A DNA stretch of 63,997 nucleotides, filler included, from Bigelowiella natans CCMP2755 (lineage: Eukaryota; Protista; Cercozoa): NCBI GenBank assembly GCA_000320545.1. It is 6 parts of 6 records of this genome, joined end to end, with 100 filler letters (N's around TTAATTAATTAA, not from the genome) between each part and the next. Parts side by side here need not be neighbours in the genome. Positions count along the whole stretch, not along the records: positions 1 to 20,087 come from ADNK01001428.1; 5 more parts are not named here. One strand, given 5' to 3'. Both the position numbers and the translations under genes were made by a program. The notes beneath the pieces are model-generated. The model saw nothing but the letters and a program-made list of their open reading frames with translations, did not search any database and was not told where the DNA came from. Below, one piece after another: positions 1 to 15,358 of the stretch (position 1 is the stretch's first letter; each line of letters starts with the position of its first letter).

Positions 1-23
1 CTTCGTGATGTGGCCACTGGAAA

Positions 24-1031
24 GTGCTGCGTCAAAAAAGATTGATCAAGGTCAACGTTGCTAAGAAGAACAAAGGCTTATATAAGCAGAGGCTTACTAA
101 CTGCTACCGTACCTGGGAGTCTGAGCTCCAGGCTATCCCTGATGAAGTTAGCATAAACAAGATACCAAAGAAGTTACATGTGGATAATGAGACCTCTCTT
201 CTACAGCTACCACACCCTAATATTGATGCCTCACCTGTATACTATGCCCAGTCCAACTCCAAGGTAGAGCGACTCCACCGCACCTTGGCCAACCTAAGCA
301 GGATAAATAGCACCACACCAGACAAGATACAAGGGTTAGTAAACGACACCTTCACGTCTGGGGGAGGTATCAAGGATAAGGAGAGGGAAGAAGGCGACGA
401 CAACGACGACGATACCGAGAGCGAAGACGAGAAGGTCCCGTACGATGGCCGAGTTCTAAAGGAAGGACAGTATGTTAGGGCCAAGGTAAATCTGAGATCG
501 AGAAATAAACAAGACCCCTTCTGGGGTGGCGTTGCAAAGGTTACCGAGAGGAAGGGGAGGAAGCAGTACTACATCTATGATGGGAACAGGGTCACCTTGC
601 GCCACATCAGTCACCTAAAGAATTATGATATCGGTGAGAAGCTCCTAGAGGATGTTAAAGTAAACCCTACTGTGTGGGAGCGAGCAATGCCTTGTTTAGG
701 ACCCCGACCTAAGTTCGATGTGGAATATGGAAACAATAAGGTCAGGGTGAACGACGATTGGCGCATGAAGATTGTCTATCTAGGCTACCCTGGATTACGA
801 AATATGGAGAGGGTAGCTATGAAAATAAAGGACGGAAAATATCAGCTACTCTACCTAGCTGTTCCCGACTTACCCTTTGAGCACTGGTATAAGGTCCTGG
901 GGGACCTTGATGCAGAGGGCTGGTATGGACACGAACCTAAGGACGAAGGTGAGTTCTGGGTAAGCGACAAAGGAGATAAGGTTAGAGAGGAATCTATTAC
1001 CTGGTGGTTGGTGAAGTTCCGAAAGCGATGA
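24..1031 (+). CDS. Retrotransposon Pol C-terminus: DDE integrase core, GPY/F (SH3-like) module and degenerate Dam-like methyltransferase domain (5'-partial)
   Basis: IPKKLHVDNE...SPVYYAQSNSKVERLHRTL resembles P..i.sDnG...YhPqsNG.vER.nrtl. GQYVRAK...NKQDPFWGGVAKVTER...RHISHLKNY resembles the GPY/F module. Intronless. Confidence 0.85.
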   Translation: MLRQKRLIKVNVAKKNKGLYKQRLTNCYRTWESELQAIPDEVSINKIPKKLHVDNETSLLQLPHPNIDASPVYYAQSNSKVERLHRTLANLSRINSTTPDKIQGLVNDTFTSGGGIKDKEREEGDDNDDDTESEDEKVPYDGRVLKEGQYVRAKVNLRSRNKQDPFWGGVAKVTERKGRKQYYIYDGNRVTLRHISHLKNYDIGEKLLEDVKVNPTVWERAMPCLGPRPKFDVEYGNNKVRVNDDWRMKIVYLGYPGLRNMERVAMKIKDGKYQLLYLAVPDLPFEHWYKVLGDLDAEGWYGHEPKDEGEFWVSDKGDKVREESITWWLVKFRKR

Positions 1032-1082
1032 AGGTCTAAGGGAATAAGGAAGGAAGGAAGGAGCAACGTGACTTGGGGGAGG

Positions 1083-1470
1083 TGTAGCGCGTACCACTAC
1101 GCGGGCACAAGTCACGTGCGACAACAAAGGGGTTGTCGCGGATATAGAATATAGATAACGTAGATATTAATACAGCATAGGCACGTGGGTTCCGGCGGGA
1201 CTCATGGCAGCACACCGGAAGTGTGCTGCCCCACGTGCGGCGGCATTCGCGAAAGCTTCGCGAATGATTACGCAGTGCACGATTTAATAAAAATATAATC
1301 TTTAATAAAAATAAACACAACTCTTCAAAAGGAAGCAAACGTGCCTTTCCCCCCCCCTGCCTACTTGTGCACGTAGCGCCTCGGCCTGTGAACACCTTAC
1401 GCGCAACATAGTGCAACAGAAACGGACAAGCGCGATTTAAGCGCTGTGGTCGCTGCTTTGCGCAGCTACA
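1083..1470 (+). repeat. 3' LTR (388 bp)
   Basis: TG...CA ends with 6-bp terminal inverted repeat TGTAGC/GCTACA, directly after the PPT. AATAAA motifs at about 1286-1315. Following TTGGG is a candidate TSD; the 5' LTR is outside the window. Confidence 0.82.
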
Positions 1471-2305
1471 TTGGGTCATGACTATTGAATAAATTTAATT
1501 TATTCATTGCATCCGTCTAGCGTCTAGCTCATGTGCTGCCTCTATCTGCTGGCATGCATACGCTGTACACATGTTCTACACATTGTTCATGCTACTAGCG
1601 CGTACAATTAAATCTTCACGTACCGTGTGACTGGTCTAGTGGTGTGACTGGCGCAAGTGTCGCTCTACTTCATAGACTGCCAGGGAGTGCTACTATTTTA
1701 TACCACGATTTCAGAGCATGCAGCAGTGCAGCTGCGTATGTCGACCAGCTCATATCATTGCGCCATTTACGCGTACAGTCACAACACTCCTCACGAAGCA
1801 TTACCGTGAAACAAGAGAATGTGCGTGTTACAAGAGACGACATTCACTTCCTCGGCTGTAGTAAATTGAAAATGCGCATCTTATCTACATACGTCTCTAC
1901 ACTGGTCCCGTCTAGCTGTATCGCACTCTTAGGTTGAACAATAATTTATTTTGAATATTTGAACACTCGGATGCCCTACTTTCGATTAGATTAAAATATT
2001 CTGTACAGAAAACCTAACTTTCAATTTAAAAAATGAGCATCCTCACCGAGCCCAAACTCTGTTTTCCGTTATTTGGGCAATAATTTGATTTAGTTTCGAA
2101 TTTTACGGATAATTTGTCTGTAATCACCGAAGATATATAACAAGCAGTTGAACCGTCTACACTTTGAAAGCAGGCTGTATGGATCGATACCAGTAGTACC
2201 GTCAATTCTTCAGAGTGCCAACCGTTTGTTAACATAATAATACAGTACTTTATGCGGTGGAACTAACCGAGGAGGAGCTGTACATCATATCATCTGTCAC
2301 TCTTA

Positions 2306-3651
2306 TTAAACTTTCATCTTTGTTCGCATCCAACTCCAAGCCCCTACTGCTGCCGTAGCCGCGACCGTTACTGCCCCTTTCTTCTTTACTACGGCCATCA
2401 GAATGACGACTGCGGCAACCGCCAGAGCCTTGACAACGATCTCGGACATAGTCCATCCTTCCTGCTCTAGAAAGTTATGAGATCCTTCGGAACCTTGAGG
2501 GGAGACTTGCCCGCTTTGTACGTCGTTTTCGTTGTCATTCAGAATCTCTTTTTCATCAGCTCCCATGGACCGAAGTTTCTCCTTGAGCAGCTGACGATCC
2601 TACAGAAGGGGGCAGAGTAGGAAGGGGTGAGAAGGATTAATAGTGCAGCGGTGAGAGTCCGGCGCGGATGTTACCCTTTCAGCCTTCCTTAATCTCATCT
2701 CCCGTATTGTGAGGTCTCTTTTCAATCTCATCTTGTCTTCAGCGAGCCTACAGATCACCAGATGGATGGATGTCAAATACGTATTTTTTCATCACACTTC
2801 AACCAGAAATACAGCATACCGGTCGTTGTGGTATATAAGCTGATCGTTGAGGGTCTGCTGGCTCTCCAACTCCTCCTGTAAGAAGGCGATTAACAAAATT
2901 TATTTTCTTGACTTGATTGATATAGAAAGAGGAGAAAGGACCTTTAAGAAAGTAAGCTGCGCTTCCAAGTGCTCTGCGGATGTCTAAGCAGAATTTTAAA
3001 AACATTAGATGAATCAAAACAAAATCCTCTCTACAATTTGAAAATTACCTCAGCATCTGTATCTGCATCCATTTCTTCTCCTCCCTCGATCGAAGAAGGC
3101 TAAGTGAAGCGTTTAATGAGATACAGCATAAATTATTCTAAGATACACTGAATGGACTACCATTTCAACGCCAAATCTCTTGTATACAGCATTTTGTACG
3201 GAAGGGTCCTTCGCAAGATCTATTAAGTGAATAAGACATGAACCATTTAATATCCTTTATAGAATGAAAACTTAACATAAATTTGTTTCGTGTTCTTAAA
3301 GACGATAATTGAAATCACCTTCCCCGAGACTGAGAACCATCTCAGTCAGAGCATCCTTCGGAGCATCTTTGACCTCGAAGAGGGCAATTTTGCTGAGTTG
3401 TTTCCTGGTCAACGCGAGCTGCTTTTCGCTTTCATTTCTATCATCACTTGGAGCGAAGATGATTCGATGTTTGTCCGGCTGTAATGGAAAATATCACATA
3501 CTCTGCATTTCAATTTTAACGAACGACTTACCTGCTGATCAATCCCTTCATCATGTTTAGCCTCTGCGTGCGATTCTCTAGAACCAATAGCAGCAGCACC
3601 TCCTGCTGCAGCAGCGGTTTTGATAAAACGTCGGGCTCCAGCATTCATCAT
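2306..3651 (-). CDS. Multi-exon hypothetical protein with C-terminal hydrophobic (tail-anchor-like) segment
   Basis: Exon MMNAGARRFIKTAAAAGG...DQQ ends at a GTAAGT donor (~3531). Further exons lie at ~3320-3480 and 2690-2750. Last exon encodes IVVKALAVAAVVILMAVVKKK...KMKV*. No family recognised. Confidence 0.5.
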
Positions 3652-4367
3652 GTTGGTTTTGTGTTGTTGATGGATGAGTTTATTAAGGGGGTGGAGGGAG
3701 GCAGAGAAATTTTAGATCAGTCGTAACTTTCCACCAGAAATTGCAATTCACTTCATATTTTATATAAAACCCAACGTGTTTCATAATAATAATTGCATCA
3801 TTCGATGTCGTATGGAATAAATTCATTGCATCCCAATTTTCTTTCCGGGACCAAGAAAACGTAACCCGCGATTTTTGCCGCTGGAACCCTCCAAAAATTC
3901 GGCAACCAATAAACACAGGACATTACTAGAATATTTCTCCTAATTCGAGCATATTTTCTCCCTTTTCTCGACCTGGGAGTGGTTTGGCTGTGCTGGGTGG
4001 TGGAAGGAAATGCTGAGAAACTGGGGGGTTTGAGCCCATTTTGTGCCTAATATGGGCGTGTGTGTGCGTTTTAGGGGATTTTGGCCTTACAGTCTCACTG
4101 GGCTCGTACTCAGAAAGCACGAGAACACGTATACAATACTCCTCTTTCTTGTCGTTCGGGTATTTAGGGATATAAATCCCCTGAAAAACATCATTGCGAC
4201 ATCGATTGACAGGCAAAAACCTGAGGAGGAGGAGGAGGAGGGGGAGGAGGTGTTATTTACCCGGCCGATGATCGACCTACGGGAAAGAGTCGGAACAAAA
4301 AATCGAAATGGAGGGTGTGCCAGCGGCTTCGATTTTGAGTCAACCGTATGATCAGCATTCTTAAAGC

Positions 4368-5345
4368 ATGGGCGACAAGAACAATAGTAGGAAAAGTAAA
4401 TATCGAGGCGTTTCTCGAGCAGCCGACAGCGATCTTAATCCGTGGTTCGCAAAATGCCAAACCAAGTATCTCGGAGCCTTCCCCACCGAGGAAGACGCCG
4501 CACGTGTGTACGATGCGAGAGCCTTGGAGGTTTTTGGAACTAAGGCTATTACCAATGAATCCCTCGGTCTCTTACCTCCTGCCACAGACGGTTATAAGCC
4601 CAAAAAATCGAAAGCCAAGAAACAAAACCCTTTCATTGGAATCACTCGAAGCAAAAAGAATCTGCTCAACCCATGGATGGCAAACATCAGTCATAAAGGC
4701 AAGGTTACTAACATTGGTAGCTTCCCTACAGCGGAGGATGCGGCACGAGCGTACGATGAATATGCTGTGAAACTGAGAGGAAAGGACGCCAGAACAAATG
4801 TCAGCCTCGGATTACTACCACCGGCGAATCCAGGTGAGTCTGTTCTCGCAAAGGCTTCCAGAATAAATAAAACAACCAAATACACTGGAGTTTCATTAAT
4901 ACGTGCAAAGCGAAAGAACCAATTTCGAGCATACATTGAGCACAACAAGGAAAAAATCATCATTGGGTATTACCCCACCCCAGAGGACGCAGCAAGAGCA
5001 TACGACAGGATGGCAATAAAATTACGAGGCCAAAATGCTAAAACTAACGTTTCTTGTGGACTTCTGTTAACATCTGAGACTGCAAAAAATCAAAGTAAGA
5101 AGATTATTAGATATAACAACAGGCACAAAAGAAAAGCTGGGAAATGCCCACGCTCAGGCGATAGCACAAATGCAAAAATCACCAGACGGACAAAGTTACC
5201 TTTCCAACAAAAGAGGCAGGACGGCTCTGATAACCCTATAACATCAAGAAAATCTAAACGCTTAAGAACTATACCAAGCAAAAAAGGGCAAAAAAACGAG
5301 GCGTACAGCTGTCGCAGCTCGCCCCCACTGCCGTATCGAATGTAG
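4368..5345 (+). CDS. AP2/ERF-domain DNA-binding protein with three AP2 repeats
   Basis: Three repeats: SKYRGVSR...WFAK...YLGAFPTEEDAARVYD...AITN; FIGIT...WMANI...IGSFPTAEDAARAYDEYAVKLRGKDARTN; KYTGVS...FRAYI...IGYYPTPEDAARAYDRMAIKLRGQNAKTN. Basic C-terminal tail. Confidence 0.93.
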   Translation: MGDKNNSRKSKYRGVSRAADSDLNPWFAKCQTKYLGAFPTEEDAARVYDARALEVFGTKAITNESLGLLPPATDGYKPKKSKAKKQNPFIGITRSKKNLLNPWMANISHKGKVTNIGSFPTAEDAARAYDEYAVKLRGKDARTNVSLGLLPPANPGESVLAKASRINKTTKYTGVSLIRAKRKNQFRAYIEHNKEKIIIGYYPTPEDAARAYDRMAIKLRGQNAKTNVSCGLLLTSETAKNQSKKIIRYNNRHKRKAGKCPRSGDSTNAKITRRTKLPFQQKRQDGSDNPITSRKSKRLRTIPSKKGQKNEAYSCRSSPPLPYRM

Positions 5346-5589
5346 CAAAAACGTGCTTTCAACTGTAACTCTTTCTTTAGTTCAGAGTCATGCATGGAGA
5401 ACAAGCGAATATTGCCGAGCAATTAAATTATATACACTTCGAATTGAAATACTGATCAAGAACTAGAAGTATATTTGCATCGTCCTTTTGATATTCATGG
5501 ACGTAACGATAATGGAAATGGCTTCACGGATGAACGTGATCACAAAGCTAAATTAAGTTGTGATATGAAAATGCGTGTGACTGCTAGTA

Positions 5590-5636
5590 TATGAGATAGA
5601 TGTAATGAATCAATTAAAAGTTTTCAATGGTCATCC
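5590..5636 (+). repeat. 47-bp dispersed repeat, copy 1
   Basis: TATGAGATAGATGTAATGAA...TTTTCAATGGTCATCC matches 30238-30284 (+) and 14829-14875 (-). Confidence 0.85.
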
Positions 5637-6130
5637 AAATGCAGTTTTGCAAAGCCGCGGCTACAGTATATACATGTGGGTGCTATGTGACGACTATTGT
5701 GGCACAATCAATTAGTTTATGGCGTAAATATTATGGCGACTTGCTATATTGCGACTGGCAACAGGGCGATATTGATTACAAGTTAAACAACTCACAGTAA
5801 ATGTATGCGAGAGTAGCCTCGACGAATGAGCGTGGCAATCAAAAGGAAAGAAGCAGCTCATCATGGTTAAGCAAGCGATTTTTGCAGGTTGATGTAGCAT
5901 AATATGAACGTAGGCAGCAGACACCACATAGCATCCAAACGAAGCTTTTAGCTCAACAAAATAAGCATGTGATCGCGTCTACTACTTTCTTTGATACGTA
6001 CGCCTCTTTATTGACTTTACGTATTGGCTTGTGGTCTACATTTGCTGAATAGATATTGCAATTCTGTAGGTCCCTTCTCCATGTACTTATTGCAAGTTAG
6101 TCCATGCATATCTATCCTTTTCTCTGGAAT

Positions 6131-7611
6131 CTATTCATTCTTGAGGTGACTAGAGGCAATTTTATCATGCTGGCGGTTAGATACTTGTGAAATAGAAGAA
6201 TCCCCCTGCAGAGAATAGAGGGCTGCCGCAGCCATCATCATGAAAAAACTTGCAACAAATGTTGGGGCTCCAGAGCCAACATATTGAGCTAACACGCCAG
6301 ATATCAGAGGCGCAGCTGCACGAGATACTGAGAAGACGCTCCCAGCAACTCCGAGAACTTCTCCGTAGCTGAGCTCACCCGCGGCCGTAGATAGTGCTGT
6401 GGTCATGAATACTTTCAGCACCGCCGATCCGACAGAAACGAGTGCCAGAGCTATGAGAAACACTACTATATGGTTTGACTTAGCAGCAATAAGCTGGCCG
6501 ATAGCAATGATCACACTGCTGTAGCACGCAACCCTCATCTCACACCATCCACTCGTATCGAGCTGCGAAAGAACCACTTGCGCAACCAAGCCTACGACTG
6601 CGAAGAAAGATATTACCTTACCTTTGGCTGAAAGTCCAAAATCGTCGTGCTGAAGTTCCAACATGAAGAAAAGATTGGAGCGAAAGAGCATGACACCACC
6701 GCCGATCACCAGGCGTACAATCATCAACTTTTGAACTTTGGGACGAAGGGATGCGAAGGTTAGCTTTGAGCTTTTTCGGCATTTTTTGTCTTTACTAGCG
6801 ACGTCACCTTCGTTCGGAGAAACATTCGACGTTCGAAAATCTTTACTTTTCTCAACCGCTGACTCACTATTTCCTAGCTTACTGTCGGAAGGAAGAGTGG
6901 TGCGAACCAGCAGCACGTTGAATAGAAGAATGCCGGTTGCTACAGTAAAAGGAACACGATAGCCATAATCCTCGGCTAGCATACCTCCAAGTGCTGGGGC
7001 AATAGCAAAGGCCATGGCAGTGGAGGCGTAGAAGAAGGAAAGCTGCTGACGGCGTTCAATTGGTTTGGTTATATCAGAAATCCAAGCCTTCATGATGGTG
7101 AGGGTCTGTCTAAAGAGCCCTGTTATTATTCGGCTCATGATCAAAATAGGCACGGAAGGCACCAGAGGTATGATCGCATATCCTACTGATCCTGCAAGAA
7201 GGCATATCATCAGCACAGTCCTCCTATGTAGTTTTGTAGGTGTTGGTTTAGATGGACAACATCATGCATGCCTCGCTGCTGCAGCTGTTGCTGTGATCTC
7301 CCGTGTAGAAGACTAACCTGGGGTACATGTCTGAGAGAAACCCGAGGACCGGTGACGAAAATAGCTGAACGCTCCCGAACAGGCTTCCCATCAGGCCCAG
7401 TAACGTTGTGCTGGCACCGAGATCGCGCGCATAAGGAGTCAGAAGCGGAATGATCATCGCCACACCTGCAAGCGAACGATCACGTTGTCCAGTGCGTCAT
7501 CACCACATCACAGATTTCCCACTCACTCGCTACTTTTACTGGGTAGTTCATACCGATCATGTCGATGCATGTGATCATCAAAAGCCTCCATCGGAGAGGG
7601 AAGGACCCCAT
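6131..7611 (-). CDS. Major facilitator superfamily transporter (DHA1/TetA/MFSD9-like), 3 exons
   Basis: Spliced N-terminus MGSFPLRWRLLMITCIDMIG|VAMIIPLLTPYARDLGAS...GSVQLFSSPVLGFLSDMYPR| joins ORF 6131-7216, which has many TM helices, SRIITGLF, KAWISDIT and PALGGML. Confidence 0.9.
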
Positions 7612-7855
7612 ACCAAGTAGCCTCTCCAGACCCAGACTACTATCTTAAGACGACGGTCCGATGATGGGTTCCAGAGGGTGGGTAGAAGACGATAAAGAAA
7701 CAGTCCCGTTTCTTCCCTAGCGACATGTAACCATCATTGTCGCTGTATCAAAATATATCGCAGATCCTTGTCGCGATAGGTGAACGGACCATCACCGAAG
7801 AGGAGAGCACCCCAGAGAAGAGGGGCAGGAATAGGAGATCGAGAAATCCACACGC

Positions 7856-10030
7856 TCAAACTGATGGTGGGCGGCAGCTTCTTGTGGGCCGCCACGACGG
7901 GGGTTGTCCTGGCTTCGGCTGCAGCCCGCAGTCCCCCAACATCTTCCATTGTAGCTTCGAATTCCGGATTAACCGCAACAGCAAGAAGCAGACCCCACAC
8001 TTTACGAGGAGGCCGCTTGGTAGTAATGTCCGAAGCTGGTCCACGGAATCCCTCCGAATCGATGATGCATGGCCGCCGACGACGAAAACAGATTTCGCAT
8101 GGTAAGGCTGCAAGCGAAGTAAATGCCTTTCTGTACATTGCCGTCGTGAATTCATTCCCTGCTCCTCAGCACCTTCAATGTTCCTCCTGGCTACAGCGAT
8201 GCTGATGGGGCCACCGAGTACTTCACGATCATTTCTGGGGTTTCCAAAATCTAATGCTGCTGGTCTGAAGTGCCCTGGCCTCTCTGGAAACCAACTCAAG
8301 GAGTGCCTAAGGGTGAAAGAGAAGACAAAAAGCCCACCTATAGCCTATAGCACAAACTCTCTTTTGATCGAGGTTATGGTATGAAATTAGGAGTATCGAA
8401 AAGCTGAGCAAGGAAAGGAGGCAGAAGAAGGGGTCGCATATTTCGCTTTGATTCTTTGTTTTAAAAAAAAATGGATTCATTCGTACCATCGCCCTACTAC
8501 CTCCCCACCACCATCTCTTCTATCCACGACTTCTTCGAATATGAATCTGTAGGTTGAGGAATATAGGCAAAAGCTCGAGCAGCCTGGAGATCTGGTCACA
8601 CTTCCGTCCGGCATCCAATACAGGGAGATATCGAAAGGTAGATGAGAAGTAAATAAATATGTTGGAACAGTGAATTTGGGTAATGGGCCATCCATTCTTA
8701 CCCCCACTCAGATTCATCTAGTTTGTTTGCTCTGAACGATATCGACGCTGATATTCCGATGAATTCTGTCCTGTAGCACGCTGAAACAGTATGAAAGAAA
8801 ATAATATTAATATTCAAACAAATGTGATATGTATACCAAATTATAATTCAATGTAGGAGGAGGAAGGGCCTGCGAGAGAGGATCTGTGTGCGCAATATCT
8901 TATCAGGTTGTTTCCCACTTAGAACGAAGACTTGGCATAATGTTGCGTGCTCAGCGACATTTGATTTCTTGAAAGGTATTTCGACTATCCTCCGGGGCGT
9001 ACTTCAAATACAGTAGCGGCGGAAGACCGGTAAATGTTCAGTAATTACACGACAGAAGAACAGCAATCCATGCAATTATATCAAGCGAAATGACCACTCC
9101 CAGCATTCATTCATTCGCTGCTTTGATATGCAGATCCTTCTTTTCGCGAAGGGATACGGAACAGAAGGCCAGGTTACCACATAAGAAGTGTACAATTCAT
9201 CCGATCAAGACTGCCTTCAATAAACATTCCCCATTCAAATATTTCAGGATGATATTGGGTCTGTGTACAAGTTCGTTCTTGGCGACAAGTAATGGTTCAA
9301 TGCTTGTCATCTCTTTCTCAGCCAATTAGACAGAATATGCAGATCATAGCTTGAGTGATATTATTTAATTGTCGGCTAGGAATGCACTGCCACGTGCCGC
9401 CAGCGTTGCTATTGAAGGAATGAAGGAGGTAATAGTGATATCTGGAATATCATGCTTGTAGCACGTCTCATAGTTGATGATTCTGTCTTTTGGTCACAGG
9501 GAGGCAAGAGAAGGATCTTGATACCGCCTTCCGTCGGATGGGTACTGAAGAAAAAGGAGAAAGAAGATCTTCTTCACAATGTTTTTGGCAATACATCATG
9601 GATAATCATCCCCCCAGGTGAATGAAGGCGTGGGGCCGCAACCTGAAACGTTTGGTGCAAAGCGAAGGTCCTCAAAATCTGAATTTTTCCATCGAAATTT
9701 TCGAAGAAGAGGGAAGAATTCAATTTATTTTGATACGTCTTGTATAGGCTTGAGAATCATCGAGATGAGCCCTTACTCTTTGAAGTTGATATGGTAGTGG
9801 TAAAACAGGTATTCAATATTGCCCAACTACTAAAATGGCAATAATTCTCGAAATGTTCGACTGAATTTAAATGCCGTCTGTACAAACATGTAATCCCTCA
9901 TATTTGTTTTCCAGTTTGAAAACGATAGTGGTTCTTTGGACGAAGGTGTTCAGTTTTCAAGCCCATACTCACTACCTGCGCCACCAAATCCTTTCAAAAG
10001 AAGAGTAGGATGATCAGCCACATCTTTTTC
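7856..10030 (-). CDS. Possible multi-exon hypothetical gene (boundaries uncertain)
   Basis: Several short AG...GT-bounded open segments (e.g. TEFIGISASISFRANKLDESEWG|FIFEEVVDRRDGGGEVVGRW and ORF 7856-8299). No family recognised. Confidence 0.3.
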
Positions 10031-11044
10031 CTATCATGCAAAATACTACTTCTAATGTCGTAGTGGTGACAAAGTCGTCGTTGCACGCTATATCATCGAT
10101 GGTTTGTCATGTGATCAAAATACACAGAGTGTGCAGTTATGATCTGTGCCAGCGCCGCTAAGCTCTTCGCTGCGCATATGCATACGCGCCGCAACGCTCG
10201 ATCATGCATCGGAGTGTTAATATTATAGTGTTATTGCGCACGTCTAGACGTGTATCGATGGGTTTCTGCGCTCACATTATAACCAACACGACAAATCTTT
10301 TAATTTGTCTATGATACCTCATACTCGTTACATATATGTATGTCTTCTCCTAAATTTGCCAGACAAGAACATGCAGGTAAGTCTCAATAAACAAGGACTA
10401 CAGCATTGTCTGGGTTCATTCGCTTTCACAAAGCGCAGTGCTACGCATTGTGCGTCGCATTGTACGTAGGGGATACACTTTAATCGGGACATGTGTACAA
10501 TCTTCCAACATTTATTGCTGTGTGAGATGAGTATCTGCGGCTTCATGGTTATGACATTCAGTCAGAGGCGCTCCCCGGCGCAAAGTGAGCTTGTGCACTT
10601 CAAGCAAGAGGTGCATCGATTGCAACCGGGCAGTGCTTCTATAGCAGATGCAGAATAAAGAGTAGAAGATCTGAATTGCAACCCCGAGAGGCCGGACTGA
10701 AACAAGCCGCACTCACACAAATGGCGGGGGTGTGAACCCTACGTAACTCTAGTGCCGTTCGCGGCGAAGCACTGCGACCGGCTTCTGCGACCGGCTCGGC
10801 TCAGAAAGGAGGAGGAGCGAATTTTATCTAAAAATTCGGTGCGTTTTTTTAGGTGCGACAAGGAAAACGGAGCATTTTGTCCTCTCATGGCTTCGGCGAA
10901 GAGTGCGCTCCGAAGAATCTCCATTGGACAGATCTCATCACCAAGGCCAGGCAGCACCCCACCCCTCCATCGCCTTAACGACGAATCGAATCGCATAGCA
11001 CGCGGTAGAGCAAAGCCGACACGGAGCAGAAGAAACAGGACAAC

Positions 11045-14450
<3,406 letters not shown>

Positions 14451-14828
14451 CGTAATCTTAAAATCGTAGTTTTTGCAGTTTGTATTCATCTTCAACCGTC
14501 TTCCCCTTGTACACGTAGTTTACAGTGTGTGCAGGTTATGTGTGTAAGCAATATTCGTTACTGCATGCTGTGCTCATCGAACTAGCTCTAGCATCCACCA
14601 CGGGTAGTGCTAGCTTGCTTGACAGCTCTACCATTCGCTTTTATTGCATGATGAGCGCACGTGCTGCGCTTGGTTGTATCGTTCTAGAGCTGGAGCGAGC
14701 TGTGATGGAAATAATGCTATGATGGCACGTACAAGCAGCATTATAGAGGTATTGTGGCATGCCATTGCTATTATTTACTCGCTGCTATATATAGGCGTAT
14801 AGTCGCTGCATTGCACAGCTATATGGTA

Positions 14829-14875
14829 GGATGACCATTGAAAAAATTCAGTCAATTCACTACATCCGTCTCATA
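14829..14875 (-). repeat. 47-bp dispersed repeat, copy 2 (inverted)
   Basis: Reverse complement reads TATGAGACGGATGTAGTGAATTGACTGAATTTTTTCAATGGTCATCC. Confidence 0.85.
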
Positions 14876-15358
14876 GCCTGAGTCTATATGAGCAGCGTTA
14901 CCAGCGGCGTGCATATATACATATGTCGTCATCTTGGCATGGCGACTGGCGGCTATAGGCTCATATGATAGTTACATGATAGCTATAAATAGTGATCTTC
15001 ATGGATCGGAGATGCCCCGACTCGTTCTTATTTTTACGGCATTGCACATCGGTGGCACCATCGTATATAAAGAATAGTATTGCATAAAGATACACGAAAT
15101 GACGGGCAGAAACATGCGCTTGTATTGCAAGTATGTGCATGTGTTGATATATTATGAAAACATATATATACTCACATGATCACATAAGCTCTCAAATCTG
15201 AACTCTGGACAGAAGGCGAAAAAATGGTGATTGTTTGTTTTGGCTATTGTTCTGTAATGCTTCTCTGCGTTGTCACGTTGCTGACAAAAAAGTGACTCCC
15301 TGTAATAAAATGAAGCGGCCCTGCTCTTCTATCAGATCGTAGAAATAATGAAAAGCTT

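Larger units (their letters stand above)
1..1470 (+). mobile_element. 3' part of a Ty3/Gypsy-like LTR retrotransposon (integrase C-terminus, PPT, 3' LTR), truncated by the window start
   Basis: Integrase-core motif, GPY/F-like module, purine tract GGGGGAGG (1075-1082) abutting TGTAGC (1083), and matching inverted end GCTACA (1465-1470). Confidence 0.88.

Noticed and set aside
10328-10930. Possible small Cys-rich minus-strand gene upstream of the NEN-like gene
   Set aside because: Could not build a consistent spliced frame or recognise a family.
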